Of a DNA stretch of 64,000 nt, positions 49,931-60,989 are shown piece by piece; positions within the stretch are counted from its first letter, which is position 1; every line of letters begins with the position of its first letter. This stretch comes from Scyliorhinus canicula (Eukaryota): NCBI RefSeq assembly GCF_902713615.1, contig NW_024055806.1:186001-250000 (forward strand). The letters run 5' to 3'. Position numbers and translations under genes: made by a program. Under the pieces are notes generated by a model. That model saw nothing but the letters and a program-made list of their open reading frames with translations. It did not search any database and was not told where the DNA came from.

Positions 49931-51515
49931 GATGTGGAGCTGCCGGCGTTGGACAGGGGTGAGCACAGTAAGAAGTCTTACAACACGAGGTTAAAGTCCA
50001 ACAGGTTTGCTTCATACACTAGCGTTCGGAGCACTGCTCCTTCCTCAGGTGAATGAAGAGGTATGTTCCAGAAAGATATATATCGGCAACTTCAAAGATG
50101 CAAACAATGCTTAGAATGCGAGCATTTGCACGTAATTAAGTCTTTACAGGTCCAGAGTTAGGGGTAACCCCAGGTTAAAGAGGGGTGAATTGTCTTTAGC
50201 CAGGACACTTGGTAGGATTTTGCAAGCCAAGCCAAATGGTGGGGGATGAATGTAATGCGACATGAATCCCAGGCCTCGGTTGAGGCCGCACTCATGTGTG
50301 CGGAACTTGGCTATAGGTTTCTGCTCGGTGATTCTGCCTTGTTGCGGGTCACCTCACAATGCTCCACTTCTCCACTTCCACCCTAAACACATTAAAGAAG
50401 CCATCCCCGATGGACAAGCCCTCCATATACACAGGATCTGCTCAGACAAGGAGGAGCGTAACAGACATCTACAGACGCTGAAAGATGCCCTCGTCCAAAT
50501 GGGTATGGCGCTCGACTAATCAATCGATAGTTCCAACACGCCACAGCAAAAAAATGCACCGACCTCCTCAGAAGACAACTATGGGACTCAACCGACAGAG
50601 TACCCTTCGTCGTCCAGTACTTTCCCAGAGTGGAGAAACTACGACATCTTCTTCACAGCCTTCAACACGTCATCGATGAAGATGAACATCTTGCCAAGGT
50701 CATCCCCACATCCCCACTACTGGCCCTCAAACAACTGCGCAACCTCAAACAGACCATTGTTTGCAGCAAACTACCCAGCCTTCAGGAGAACAGCGACCAT
50801 GACACCACACAACCCTGCCAGGGCAATCTCTGCAAGACGTGCCAGATGATCGACATCGATACCACCACTACACGAGAGAACACCATCCACCATGTATGCG
50901 GTACATACTCGTGCGACTAGGCCAATGTTGTCTACCTCATACCCTGCAGGAAAGGATGTCCTGAAGCGTGGTACATTGGCGAGACCATGCAGACGCTGCA
51001 ACAATGAATGAACGGACAGTGCACAACAATCACCAGGCAGGAATGGTCCCTACCAGTCGGTGAACACTTTAGCAGTCAAGGGCATTCAGCCTCTGATCTC
51101 CGGGTAAGCGTTCTTCAAGGAGACCTTCAGGACGCGCGATAACGCAGAATCGCCGAGCTGCAACTTATAGCTTAGTTCCACACACATGGGTACGGCCTCA
51201 ATCGGGACCTGGGATTCATGTCGCATTACATTCATCCCCCACCATCTGGCCTGGGCTTGCAAAATCCTATCAACTGTCTGGGCTTGAGATAATTCACACC
51301 TCTTTATCCTGGGGCTACCCCTATCTCCGGATCTGTAAAGACTTAATTACCTGCAAATGCTCGCATTATAAGCATTATCTTGCATCTTTGAATTTGTCTA
51401 TACATATGTTTCTAGAACCTTCCTCTTCATTCACCTGAGGAAGGAGCAGTTCTCCGAAAGCTAGTGTTTGAAACAAACCTGTTGGACTTTAACCTGGTGT
51501 TGTAAGATTTCTTAC
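49931..51515 (+). mobile_element. Penelope-like element remnant: inverted terminal copy (49975-~50350), RT C-terminus/GIY-YIG endonuclease relic, direct terminal repeat
   Basis: Translation GTYSCD*ANVVYLIPCRKGCPEAWYIGETMQTL (GIY-YIG). 49975-50350 is the reverse complement of ~51130-51512. Hammerhead motifs at 50017-50051 (-, mutated) and 51432-51466 (+). Confidence 0.88.
51432..51466 (+). ncRNA. Minimal type I hammerhead ribozyme motif in the Penelope terminal repeat
   Basis: CAC-CTGAGGA-A-GGAG-CAGTT-CTCC-GAA-AGCT-A-GTG; stem I can extend through TTCA/TGAA after a 2x2 U-U loop. Confidence 0.7.
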
Positions 51516-51815
51516 AATATTAATCGTGCAATGGGTTACATCTCATTTATTACCGCACTCCTCCGCATCTCTGTTTAAAATAAAATAGGTCCTTTCTCAG
51601 TTCTCTCTCAATTAGACTCTCTCAGTGTTTATATCTTTCGATATTATTCCAGTTATTAATACATTAGATCATTCTTCTGTGGCATCTATAAGTTACTTTA
51701 GTTGAGTTTTTACCTGTAGTTAGATGATGTATTTATTAATATTTTACTGCACATTGTGTTTCGTAGTATTACATTTATCCCTGCTTCAGTTATCACTGTT
51801 CTTAACCGTGTAACA

Positions 51816-52147
51816 AATAGAACAGAACAGGCCCTTCGGCCCTCAATGTTGTGCCGAGCCATGATCACCCTACTCAAACCCACGTATCCACCCTATACCC
51901 GTAACCCAACAACCCCCCCTCTTAACCTTACTTTTATTAGGACACTACGGGCAATTTAGCATGGCCAATCCACCTAACCCGCACATCTTTGGACTGTGGG
52001 AGGAAACCGGAGCACCCAGGGGAAACCCACGCACACAGGGGGAGGACGTGCAGACTCCACACAGACAGTGACCCAGCCGGGAATCGAACCTAGGACCCTG
52101 GAGCTGTGAAGCATTTATGCTAACCACCATGCTACGCTGCTGCCCTG
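51816..52147 (-). mobile_element. Full-length V-SINE/HE1-like SINE
   Basis: tRNA head (GGGCAGCAGCGTAGCATGGTGGTTAGC...GGTTCGATTCCC), core and CR1-like tail with GGGCCGAAGGGCCTGTTCTGTTCT. Confidence 0.85.
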
Positions 52148-52387
52148 GGACTTGTCGCTGGAATGATTGAACAGGACCATGTTTCGTTTTATCTTTCCCT
52201 CGGCATTGTATCTGTGTATATAATGCTCTCTGCATTTAAACATTTGAATAAGAAGGACCATGTTTCTATACATACCACAATTCACCCTTTCTCAGGTATG
52301 ACTGCACGAGACTGTGTTTACTGTTTTAACAAATAGGTGCAGTCACATTCAGAAATGCACTGAGAATCACATCTCTCTACTGCAATA

Positions 52388-52551
52388 GGGGCTGGTTTAG
52401 CTCACTTGGCTAAATCGCTGGCTTTTAAAGCAGGCCAGCAGCCTCCCCAGACAGGCGCCGGAATGTGGCGACTAGGGGCTTTTCACAGTAACTTCATTGG
52501 AGCCTACTCGTGACAATAAGCGATTTTTATTTCATTTTTTCATTTCATTTC
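52388..52551 (+). mobile_element. GGGGCTGGTTTAGCTCA-family tRNA SINE (internal deletion)
   Basis: Family head and CATTT tail. Confidence 0.8.
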
Positions 52552-52639
52552 AATTGGCTCTTTTTTAATCATTGCATTAGACCTTCTATCTGTTAATATT
52601 GCATTATGTGCGGATTAATTAAGTGATGCATGAATGAAA

Positions 52640-53330
52640 CTCTGTTTCATTCGCGGCTGAAGTCTTCCCCCACAAAATAATGCAACAGGTTTATTTCCAT
52701 TGATTCCCGCACAATCAACATCCTGGGGGTTGTCATTGACCGGAAACTGAACTGGACAAGCCAGACGAATACTGTGGCTGCCAGAGCAGTTCAAAGGATA
52801 GAGATCCTGTGGCGAGTAACTCACAGCCCGATTGCCCAAAGCCTGTCCACCATCTTCCAGGCAAAACTCTGAAGTGTAATGGAATACAAGCTCCACTTGT
52901 CTGGAGTGCAGCTTCAACAAATCTCAAGAAGCTTTACACCATCCAGGACAAATCAGTTGCTTTATTGTTGCCATCCACAAGATTTACTGTTGGAACTAAT
53001 AAAGGTTTCATATTCAGCACCTACCAGACCCACGGCGACAACCATCAACAAGGACCAGAGCAGCAGATACTTTGGAACACCACCAACTGGAGATTCCTGT
53101 CCAAGTCACTCAACACTTTGACTTGGAAACATATCGCCGTTCCTTCACCGTGGCTGGGTGAAAATACTGGATATCTCTCGCTAATACAGTATGGGTGTAA
53201 CTGTATATCAGGGACTGCAGCGTTTCAAGGTGGCAGCTCACCACCACCTTCTGAATGGCAACTTGGAATGGGCCATAATTGCTGACCCGATCAGTGGCGT
53301 CATATCGCGCAAATGAATGAAAACAACAAA
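52640..53330 (+). mobile_element. CR1/L2-clade LINE 3' fragment
   Basis: Homologous to 23890-24760 (ATTGACCGGAAACTGAACTGGAC...GGAAACATATCGCCGTTCCTTCAC). Confidence 0.7.
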
Positions 53331-53344
53331 AGGTTGTCTAAAAA

Positions 53345-53440
53345 ATTGACAAATAGATAGACAGACAGATAGATAGATTGATGGATAGATAGATAAATAT
53401 ATGAAAGATAGATAGATAGAGAAAGTAAGATAGATAGATA

Positions 53441-53472
<32 letters not shown>
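53345..53472. repeat. (GATA)n/(GAAA)n microsatellite
   Basis: Directly visible. Confidence 0.9.
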
Positions 53473-54371
53473 GTGGAATTTTATTTTGAATATACTAACT
53501 GATTTTTGTTCGTTCATGGGATGTGGATGTCGCTGGCTGATCCTGCAGTTCTTACCCATCCCTGAGGGCATTTAAGAGTCAACCACATTGCTGTGGAGTC
53601 ATCTGGAGTCATATGTAGGCCAGACTAGTTAAGGGCGACAGGTGTCCTTCCCTGAAGGACATCAGTGAACCAGATGGGTTTTGATTAGACAGAACAATGG
53701 TTTCATGGTCATCATTAAACTTTTAATTCCAGAGTTTTCTTGATTCAAATTTCACCACCTGCCGTGGTGGGAGCCCGGGTCCCCAGAGCTTGACTCTGGG
53801 TCTCTGGAATACTAGTCCAGCGACAATACCACTGCAACACTGCCTTGTGATACTCACTTGTGTTTGGAAGAATGCATTTTGTCGTATCAATCAGTATTAG
53901 CTGTTATGGAAGTTCGTTGCAAAGGCAAATACATCTTTAAAACTCCTGCCGATCTGTTCTCATCTCTTTATTTCAGACTACACATCGATTAATTAATATC
54001 TCTGTTCTCTCTCAGACTTAATTCACTTACAAAAGCATAATGAATAACTATTTGGTATTGTGTGATTGGTCTGGTAATGGGTGTGTAATATTTTGCTGCA
54101 AGGTTGGAGCGAATCTTGAGATATTCACTTCATCACCAGGCTGAGGAAATGAAACACAGGGGCCATATTGAACTTCACATTGCACAACACTGTCACACAC
54201 TCCATTGTGTTGGAGATGGCTAATTCAGCCTTGTGTTCATCTGTGGCAATTACCCGCTGTTTCCTTTCATGGTCCGAATTGTCCTTCGCCCTTTTGGCTG
54301 AATGGATTTCTGTTTGCTTTTGTTGTGGTCACTGATTGTGAGAGACAGAGTCTGAAACTGTGTGTGTATGG

Positions 54372-54550
54372 AATGAAATGAAAACTGAAAATCGCTTATT
54401 GTCACGAGTAGGCTTCAATGAAGTTACTGTGAAAAGCCCCCTAGTCGCCACATTCCGGCGCCTGTCTGGGGAGGCTGGTATGGGAATCGAACCGTGCTGC
54501 TGGCCTGCTGGAAAAGCCAGCGATTTAGCTCAGTGAGCTAAACCAGCCCC
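54372..54550 (-). mobile_element. GGGGCTGGTTTAGCTCA-family tRNA SINE
   Basis: Reverse complement of the family consensus. Confidence 0.85.
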
Positions 54551-56368
54551 TATATGTCTGTACGTGTGTGTGTGTGTGCGCGTATCTGTGTGTGGATAGG
54601 TGTGTCTATGTACGCGCCTGTGTGTCTATATGGGCCGATTAGTCTGGAACACATCATTATTCATTGTTTGCAAAATGGCGTTGCCAATAATTGCAATTAT
54701 GTTTCAGCACAGGACGACATTTTATTGAGATTACCTTCCACATCCTATGCTGCACTCAATATGTACTTGTAATGTATTGTCCTGAGTGATCTAGACAGTA
54801 ATATCAAGCTGTCCATTCAATTGAAAAGGCAAATATATCTTTCAAATTACTTACATATCGGTCCAGCTCGCTTTCTCTGTCTCAGGCTGCACCTAAATCA
54901 GTTGAACCCTCTTCTCTCTCTCAGACTTCACTCACTCACACAGGCACACAGCAGCCGAGTCTGGAACCTAGTGTTTAAATGGCACCTCGTGTATAAATCT
55001 TTTTTGCTGAAGGCAAATAATTAAGCACCAAAACGTCATCAGAGGAAAATTCCGTGCCAAAAAGGCAATGGATCATTCACTTAACCTCTCTCCCTTTCCT
55101 CCCCTCTCACTCCCCCTCTCCCCCCCCCCCCCCCCCATCTCTCTCGCTCTGACACCAAGTGACTTCAAACTTTCTACATTAGTATAACCTCTGTTAACAG
55201 ATTGTTGCTTTAATTTCCCTTCATCTCTCCAGATTATTATTTGTATTATGACCAGTGAAGATCATCTGTGCACCTCCCGATCGGTTACTGTGTTTCTAAA
55301 CAAATAATATAACTTTTACAAGGGAATGGGAATGGAGGTGAATGTAATGCTGAGAGCGGCAGCAATCTGTGTGGGTGTTCTTGATGCTGTCAGAGTGAGT
55401 TCACCCTCACAGGCAGGAAGACTGTTCACGGTGATAACATGAAACTGACGCCTGCTGTTTCATTCTCAGGTAACACAACTTCCTGTTTCTCTGCTGCTGG
55501 TTCCAAACCGCACATCTCACTTCTGAGCAGAAAATAAATCCAGGGACCACAATCTGGTGAGAACATCTGTCAGTGCGGCCTATATGTGCCCACAGAGTCA
55601 GGGCAGAGTCACACAGATCACATTGTGGTGACATTTACAAATGAACCTGTTGTGATCTGTTCAAAGATTCCATTCCAGGACATAACTGGATGGTCAGTGG
55701 ATCAGTCACTGAGTTTCCCCGGTTCTCTGAAGCCAGGAAATGATATCTTGTTCCATTTCACTATTGTATCATTCTCCCGCTCTGGGTGTAATTTGTTTTT
55801 ACTGTTTCTCAGTTGTGTCTCTCTTTCTAATTTCTTCGCTCAGTTTCACATCCTCTCTCTGTATCTTTCTCCATCTTTATGTGTGTCTATTTAATTAAAC
55901 TGCTAAAACAAAACCATCAAGGTTTAAATCTAGTAATTAAAGAGAGACTATTACAACTGGTAGGAGGGTCTGTAACCAGAGGACACAGATGTACCGTATT
56001 GAACAGGAGGATTGTTTTTACACAGCGAGTTGTTATAAACTGGAACACACATCGGGAAAGTATGATGGAATCAGATTTAACAGTAACTTTGGAAAATGAT
56101 GGATAAATATTTGAAAGTATTAAGATCTGAAGGATGAGAGGGAAGGGAACAGTTAGATGGTTCATCTCTAATCATTGTCCCAGCACCTTTTCTGTATCTC
56201 CCTCTGTCATTCATTGAGGCCGAATAAAATACAATGATTGTACAGCTTTGCTCTTGTGCTAATCCTGTCTTTAGGCAGAACCTGGGTGTGTGCAGATAAT
56301 TGCCACGAATCTTTCAGAGGTTCGTTGCTGTTTACAATCCACTACTTTGGACAAAGTAACAGTGGATA

Positions 56369-56530
56369 GGGGCTGGTTTAGCTCACTGGGCTAAATCTCT
56401 GGCTTACCAAGCAGACCAGCAGCACGGTTCGATCCCCGGGCAGGCGCCGGAATGCGGCGACTAGGGGCTTTCCACAGTAACTTCATTGAAGCCTACTCGT
56501 GACAATAAGTGATTTTCATTTTTCATTTTC
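56369..56530 (+). mobile_element. GGGGCTGGTTTAGCTCA-family tRNA SINE
   Basis: Family head and tail. Confidence 0.8.
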
Positions 56531-56664
56531 GAATAGCACTTGTTTCGAAAAAGAACAATTATCGTTAACATTTGTGGCACTAATTCTTCCTGTGATGAGG
56601 CTTTGGCTTTTAGTCTTTGTGTCCGAAACTGATGATTTAAACATATGTGTCCATAAGCTGGGAC

Positions 56665-56830
56665 GGTAGGGTGGCGCAGTGGTTAGCACTGCTGCCTACG
56701 CCTCTGAAGACCCGAGTTCGATCCCGGTCCTGGGTCACTGTCCGTGTGGAGTTTGCACCTTCTTCCCGTGACTGTGTGGGTTTCACCCCCACAACCCAAA
56801 TCTGTGAAGGTTAGGTGGATTGGCCGTGCT
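56665..56830 (+). mobile_element. V-SINE/HE1-like SINE (3'-truncated)
   Basis: GGTGGCGCAGTGGTTAGCACTGCTGCC...GAGTTCGATCCC head plus core. Confidence 0.75.
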
Positions 56831-57214
56831 AAATATAAATAAATGGATACTTTAAATTTACCAAAGAAATATTGGGTTCAGAAGCTGCCGGAACGGGCTC
56901 TTGCGTGTCTGTGTAAATGGAGAACTGTTGGTAAGAATGATCAGAAACAGATGCTTTTGTTTCCCCCGACAGATGCACCAATATAGGTGCCATAATGGTC
57001 CTCCCATTGGGTATAAACGATCCTAGGTGGAGTCAATCACACGCGCCTCACTCAATGAAGTTTCCAATCCACTTTTCCCGCACACATCCCTGTCACTCAG
57101 CTTGATAATGAAGCCTGGGGTAGGGCCCAAAGAATCCTTGCTTTCTGATAGTTTCACTTCCTCTTAAAATCAACTGTTCATGAGATCCACTGCCTCCTTT
57201 AATCGAAGATTATC

Positions 57215-57560
57215 ACCAGTCTCTGTTATTGATACACTGGAGCCGGTCTCTGTGATTATTATTATCCCAGACCCCAGTCTGACCCCGGGCCCGGCAGTCT
57301 GTGTTATTGATACACTGGAGCCGGTCTCTGTGATTATTATTATACCAGATCCCAGTCTGACCCCGGGCCCGGCAGCCTCTGTTACTGATACACTGGAACC
57401 GGTCTCTGTGATTATTATTATACCAGACCCCAGTCTGACCCCGGACCCGGCAGTCTCTGTTATTGATACACTGGAGCCGGCCTCTATGATTATTATTATA
57501 CCTGACCCCAGTCTGACCCCGGGCCCGGCAGCCTCTGTTATTGATACACTGGATCCGGTC
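57215..57560. repeat. 78-bp minisatellite, about 4.5 copies
   Basis: CT(C/G)TGTTA(T/C)TGATACACTGGA... starts at 57221, 57299, 57377, 57455 and 57533. Confidence 0.95.
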
Positions 57561-57789
57561 TCTGTGACTATCATACCGGTGCGGCAGTTGTAAATCACTT
57601 CGCAAATCCAAGGAGAAAATATGTTTGTTCTTTTACAAGTGCGGAGTGGGGGGCGGCGACGAGGGGGGAGGGGGGGGGGGGGGCGGCGGTGGAGGAAAGG
57701 ACGTCAAAACATCATTGATGTGCCAGTAACGAAAGGGAAAATGCTGGAAAATCTCAGCAAGTCTGGCAGCATCTGTCTGGAGAGAAACG

Positions 57790-57827
57790 AGCTGACGTTT
57801 CGAGTCGGATGACTCTTTGTCAAAGCT
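57790..57827 (-). ncRNA. Minimal type I hammerhead motif of a second family (U3-A8 core variant) in a short Penelope-like terminal relic (~57735-57828)
   Basis: Minus strand: AGCT-TTGACAA-A-GAGTC-ATCC-GACTC-GAA-ACGT-C-AGCT. Confidence 0.6.
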
Positions 57828-59040
57828 TGACTGATGTCACTTCCTGCGGAACACATGACAGGAACATCGCCTCCAGAGCTGTGTCTGATTGGCCTGATAT
57901 TATTTTTGTAAATCACAAGTTTGTGTTTATTGCAGAGGCTGAAAATCTAACCGTACATTTCGCTGATCACTAACAGAACGGTAAAAATCAGAACGGTAAA
58001 TTTGATCTCTAATTGACCTCAGCGACTGTTTAATCAATAATTGTCCTGAAAACTGTTCCCTGGAAGAATAAAAAGTGCTGGATGCAGATGAAGATGTTCT
58101 ATTGATTTTAGTCTCTGTCATTAATGAAACTGAACTGGCTGCCCGGAAGGGTATAAGGAGAGGGGGGGGGGGGGGGGGCAGAGGTGGTAGTGAAGGGAGT
58201 CGAGTTTGATTAACATTCTACTGTGGCACTCAGGGAAATGGTCTCTGTGTTGTTCGTGGCATATGCACAGAACGGGGATATACGCTATTAGTTTAGTATC
58301 TGAAACTTGTAATTTAACATACATGTATTTAACATACATTAGACGTTTGCTGCCTTCATGTTATTCTGGCGTCTGAACTGTAGTTATCATCTTGTATAAT
58401 TTAAAGTTCCTCCCACCAAAGAGCTCCAGCATCATATTTGTCTGTTGACTGCGGCGGGAGCGGTTACGGGTTCCTTTTTATTACTATTATTAATGCAGGT
58501 TAATATACACAGGAATTAATTTTAAATTATGTTTAAATTGCAGTGAAGTAACTTATTTTGACGTGTTGTGTTATATTCAATTGATTATATCATTTTCTCA
58601 ATTATTTAATATTTAAATAGATTATTATTTATGTCTTATTTTTCTTCCCATTTTGAATTCCTGAATCCACTTCATGCTTTTTTCTCACTATGTTCCTTTG
58701 TTTCTCTCTCTGTTTTGTTGTTATTTGTTCGTTTGTCTCTCTTCGTTTCTCCGACCTTTTGTTTCCACATCACGGCACCGGGTCCCTTCACTGTACCTTG
58801 GTTCGTGAATTGGTTGAAACGGGAATTTGAGATGAATTTGATTTTCTACCTTCTGAACTTGAATGCCACGCGAAGGAACGAAAACGAGACAGTGAAAGTG
58901 TCTCTGACAGAGAGAGAGAAAGAGAGGCAAGATACCGACAGAGAAGCCGAACAGCAGAGAGAGACAGACACGAAGAGAAAGCTGAGAGACACCAAGGCAG
59001 CGAAAATGCTGAAGGAGTTCGTTAGCCCAGGAGCAAGAAC

Positions 59041-59083
59041 GATTGGTGCCCGACTCTCACGAGAACTGAGGGACTAGCCAATC
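59041..59083 (+). promoter_or_regulatory. Inverted CCAAT-pair module upstream of the TCR V leader
   Basis: GATTGG...CTCTCA...GGGACTA...CCAATC spans 43 bp; a homologous 43-bp module is at 62233-62275. Confidence 0.5.
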
Positions 59084-59220
59084 CTGACCTTGGGAAACGC
59101 CCATCAGAATCACATTGCGTGAAATCTGCAGCTGATTGGAGATTACTCTTTAATATCAGACTAGAACTGCAACTTATTTCAAGCATGATTTTATTTCTTT
59201 CCAACTTTAAACCGGGCACC

Positions 59221-59266
59221 ATGTTCTCCTCATATTGCTTTATGGTGATTCTCATCATCCTGCCCA
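59221..59266 (+). CDS. TCR V leader exon MFSSYCFMVILIILP(R)
   Basis: ATG, hydrophobic 15 codons, phase-1 donor A|GTGAGT; a 100-bp intron ends at TTACAG (59366). Confidence 0.9.
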
Positions 59267-59366
59267 GTGAGTCAATATTTACTATAATATTCAATATCAC
59301 ACATACACATGTTCCATATGTTATGTTCACTCCCAGACGTTTGAAACATTATGTGTCTTGTTACAG

Positions 59367-59670
59367 GAACAAATGGCGAAGACGCAGTGTTCCAGGATCG
59401 ATCTGAATTAAAGGTTCTGGAAGGACAGAACGTAACACTGGATTGTAGATACTCGACAGCTGCTCTTCAAACTCTGTTCTGGTACATCCAGTATCCCGGG
59501 AAAGCTCCAAAATATTTAATGGCAATATATAGCTCTGGGGATGTAAATATTTCGCCAAATTTACCAGCGAGGATCTTGGCGGTTTTGCATAAAGAAAACA
59601 CAACGGTTCCTTTAACTATCACCGGGGCCCTTCTCTCCGACTGTGCTGTGTATTTCTGTGCCATGTTGCC
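59367..59670 (+). CDS. T-cell receptor V-alpha/delta-type exon, intact
   Basis: TNG-EDAVFQDRSELKVLEGQNVTLDCRYST...LFWYIQYPGKAPKYL...LTITGALLSDCAVYFCAML has both canonical Cys and the Trp, and a 23-RSS. Alpha versus delta use cannot be decided from the V alone. Confidence 0.9.
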
Positions 59671-59709
59671 CACACTGCACAGAGATATAGCAGATGCCGT
59701 ACAATAACC
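59671..59709 (+). other. TCR V 23-bp-spacer RSS
   Basis: CACACTG (59671-59677), 23 nt, ACAATAACC (59701-59709). Confidence 0.92.
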
Positions 59710-59734
59710 CCACACTGAGAGTTCCAGTTAGTGC

Positions 59735-59747
59735 CCACCAGAGGGCG
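59735..59747 (+). promoter_or_regulatory. Candidate CTCF-binding element just 3' of the RSS
   Basis: CCACCAGAGGGCG matches the CTCF core CCASYAGRKGGCR at every position. Confidence 0.7.
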
Positions 59748-60494
59748 TTCTCTGGCCGATAAATATTCAACCTCCACAGTGAAAGCCAACGAGACTTTTC
59801 ATAATTTCTGAGCAAGACGGGGCACCCAACAAAACCAGGCAAGTGTCACTTAGGGAATTAAAGTAGTCGCTTTCAGCTCACAGCTATAATAAAAATGAGA
59901 GTCACAAATAAATTTCTGGTGTCACCTCGTTTTTTTCCTTTTGATGTTATTTCTGTGTCTGTCTGATTTATTGTGGACATTTTCCTCCGTCTTCCCGTTA
60001 GTATACCGATCCTTTTGATGACGACCGCGCACAAACTCTATATGAACAGCGTGTTTTAGTTGTCCGGATTGTTTTAATGAAAAGATTAAAATTTACAAAT
60101 TAAGAACATCGAGTGTTAAAACACACCCCATGCATCAATCTCCCTCGATGTTCATGGCCTTTTGGGGTGTCTTTTTATATCTATCATATTTTCCACCAGC
60201 TTTCATAACCCAAGGTTTCTGTCTTAAAGTGTCTAAAGAAAGTTTTTCTTCTCACCCATCTCCTCCAACAGAACCAGCCCCCGAAAAGGCCACGGCACTG
60301 CAGCCGAGACGGAGACCGATATGTTTCTCTTCACTCGCAGTCACTTCACTATTCATCCGTTTCACAACCGCACAGTGAGCAAATAGCAGTGAGGCGATAG
60401 AATCCTAAGACCTTACAGCAGATATTGATGGTAGGATCAGGATCGGTGTCTTCAAATACTCAACACTCCTTTGACAGAGCGGATAGTGAGCAGA

Positions 60495-60989
60495 ATGTGA
60501 CGTAGCATCAGGATATTGTGGGAATATTTCTGACAGGTAATTGTGGACTAAACACCTTCCGCATTTTCTCCAATTTCCAAAATAGGGTATGAATCAGAAT
60601 ATTAAACACCCGCCGGTCTGATAATTCCTTGTTTGAATATGCTTTTAGATCCAGGTCATGGAGGCTCTGTTTGTCAGTAGCTGTCCTTAGATCTAAAGAC
60701 AGTTGTAGAAGGGAAAACTGAAAAAGGTATATGCAACATAAGCTTCATTATTTATTCTGGCACAAGAGCACCAGATGCACAGCGCGCGAAGTTGCACTGC
60801 AGGAATTCTGGGTGGGTAAATGAAAGTTTTGCCAAACCATATTTCTCGGTAGAATTCGAGACCTCAACTCAATTCACCAGTTGAAGCTTCAAGGGGCGGC
60901 AGCTGACTGACTGTGCCGTCTATTATCTATTACTGCATTTTGTCTGTGGGAAATGTGATGGAAAGCAGTCTTACCCCTGTACGTTTACC
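60495..60989 (+). pseudogene. TCR V-alpha/delta-type pseudogene (decayed leader, V exon and RSS)
   Basis: Leader relic 60495-60536 with donor GTAATT; acceptor TTTTAG at 60648. The exon gives GSVCQ*...TVVEGKT..GICN...YLFWHK..PDAQ...FAKPYFSVEFETSTQFTS*...QLTDCAVYY(+dup)YC with stops and frameshifts. RSS relic AAATGTG-23-ACGTTTACC (60951-60989). Confidence 0.82.

Noticed and set aside
54340-54960. Possible minus-strand exon pair (GTAAGT donor near 54850, acceptor near 54345)
   Set aside because: No sustained reading frame or recognisable product; single splice-like motifs are common by chance.
29705-56830. tRNA-like A/B boxes as tRNA genes
   Set aside because: They are SINE heads followed by family bodies and tails; no complete cloverleaf.
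57170-57611. ORFs of 130-140 aa on both strands
   Set aside because: Produced by the 78-bp (26-codon) minisatellite.
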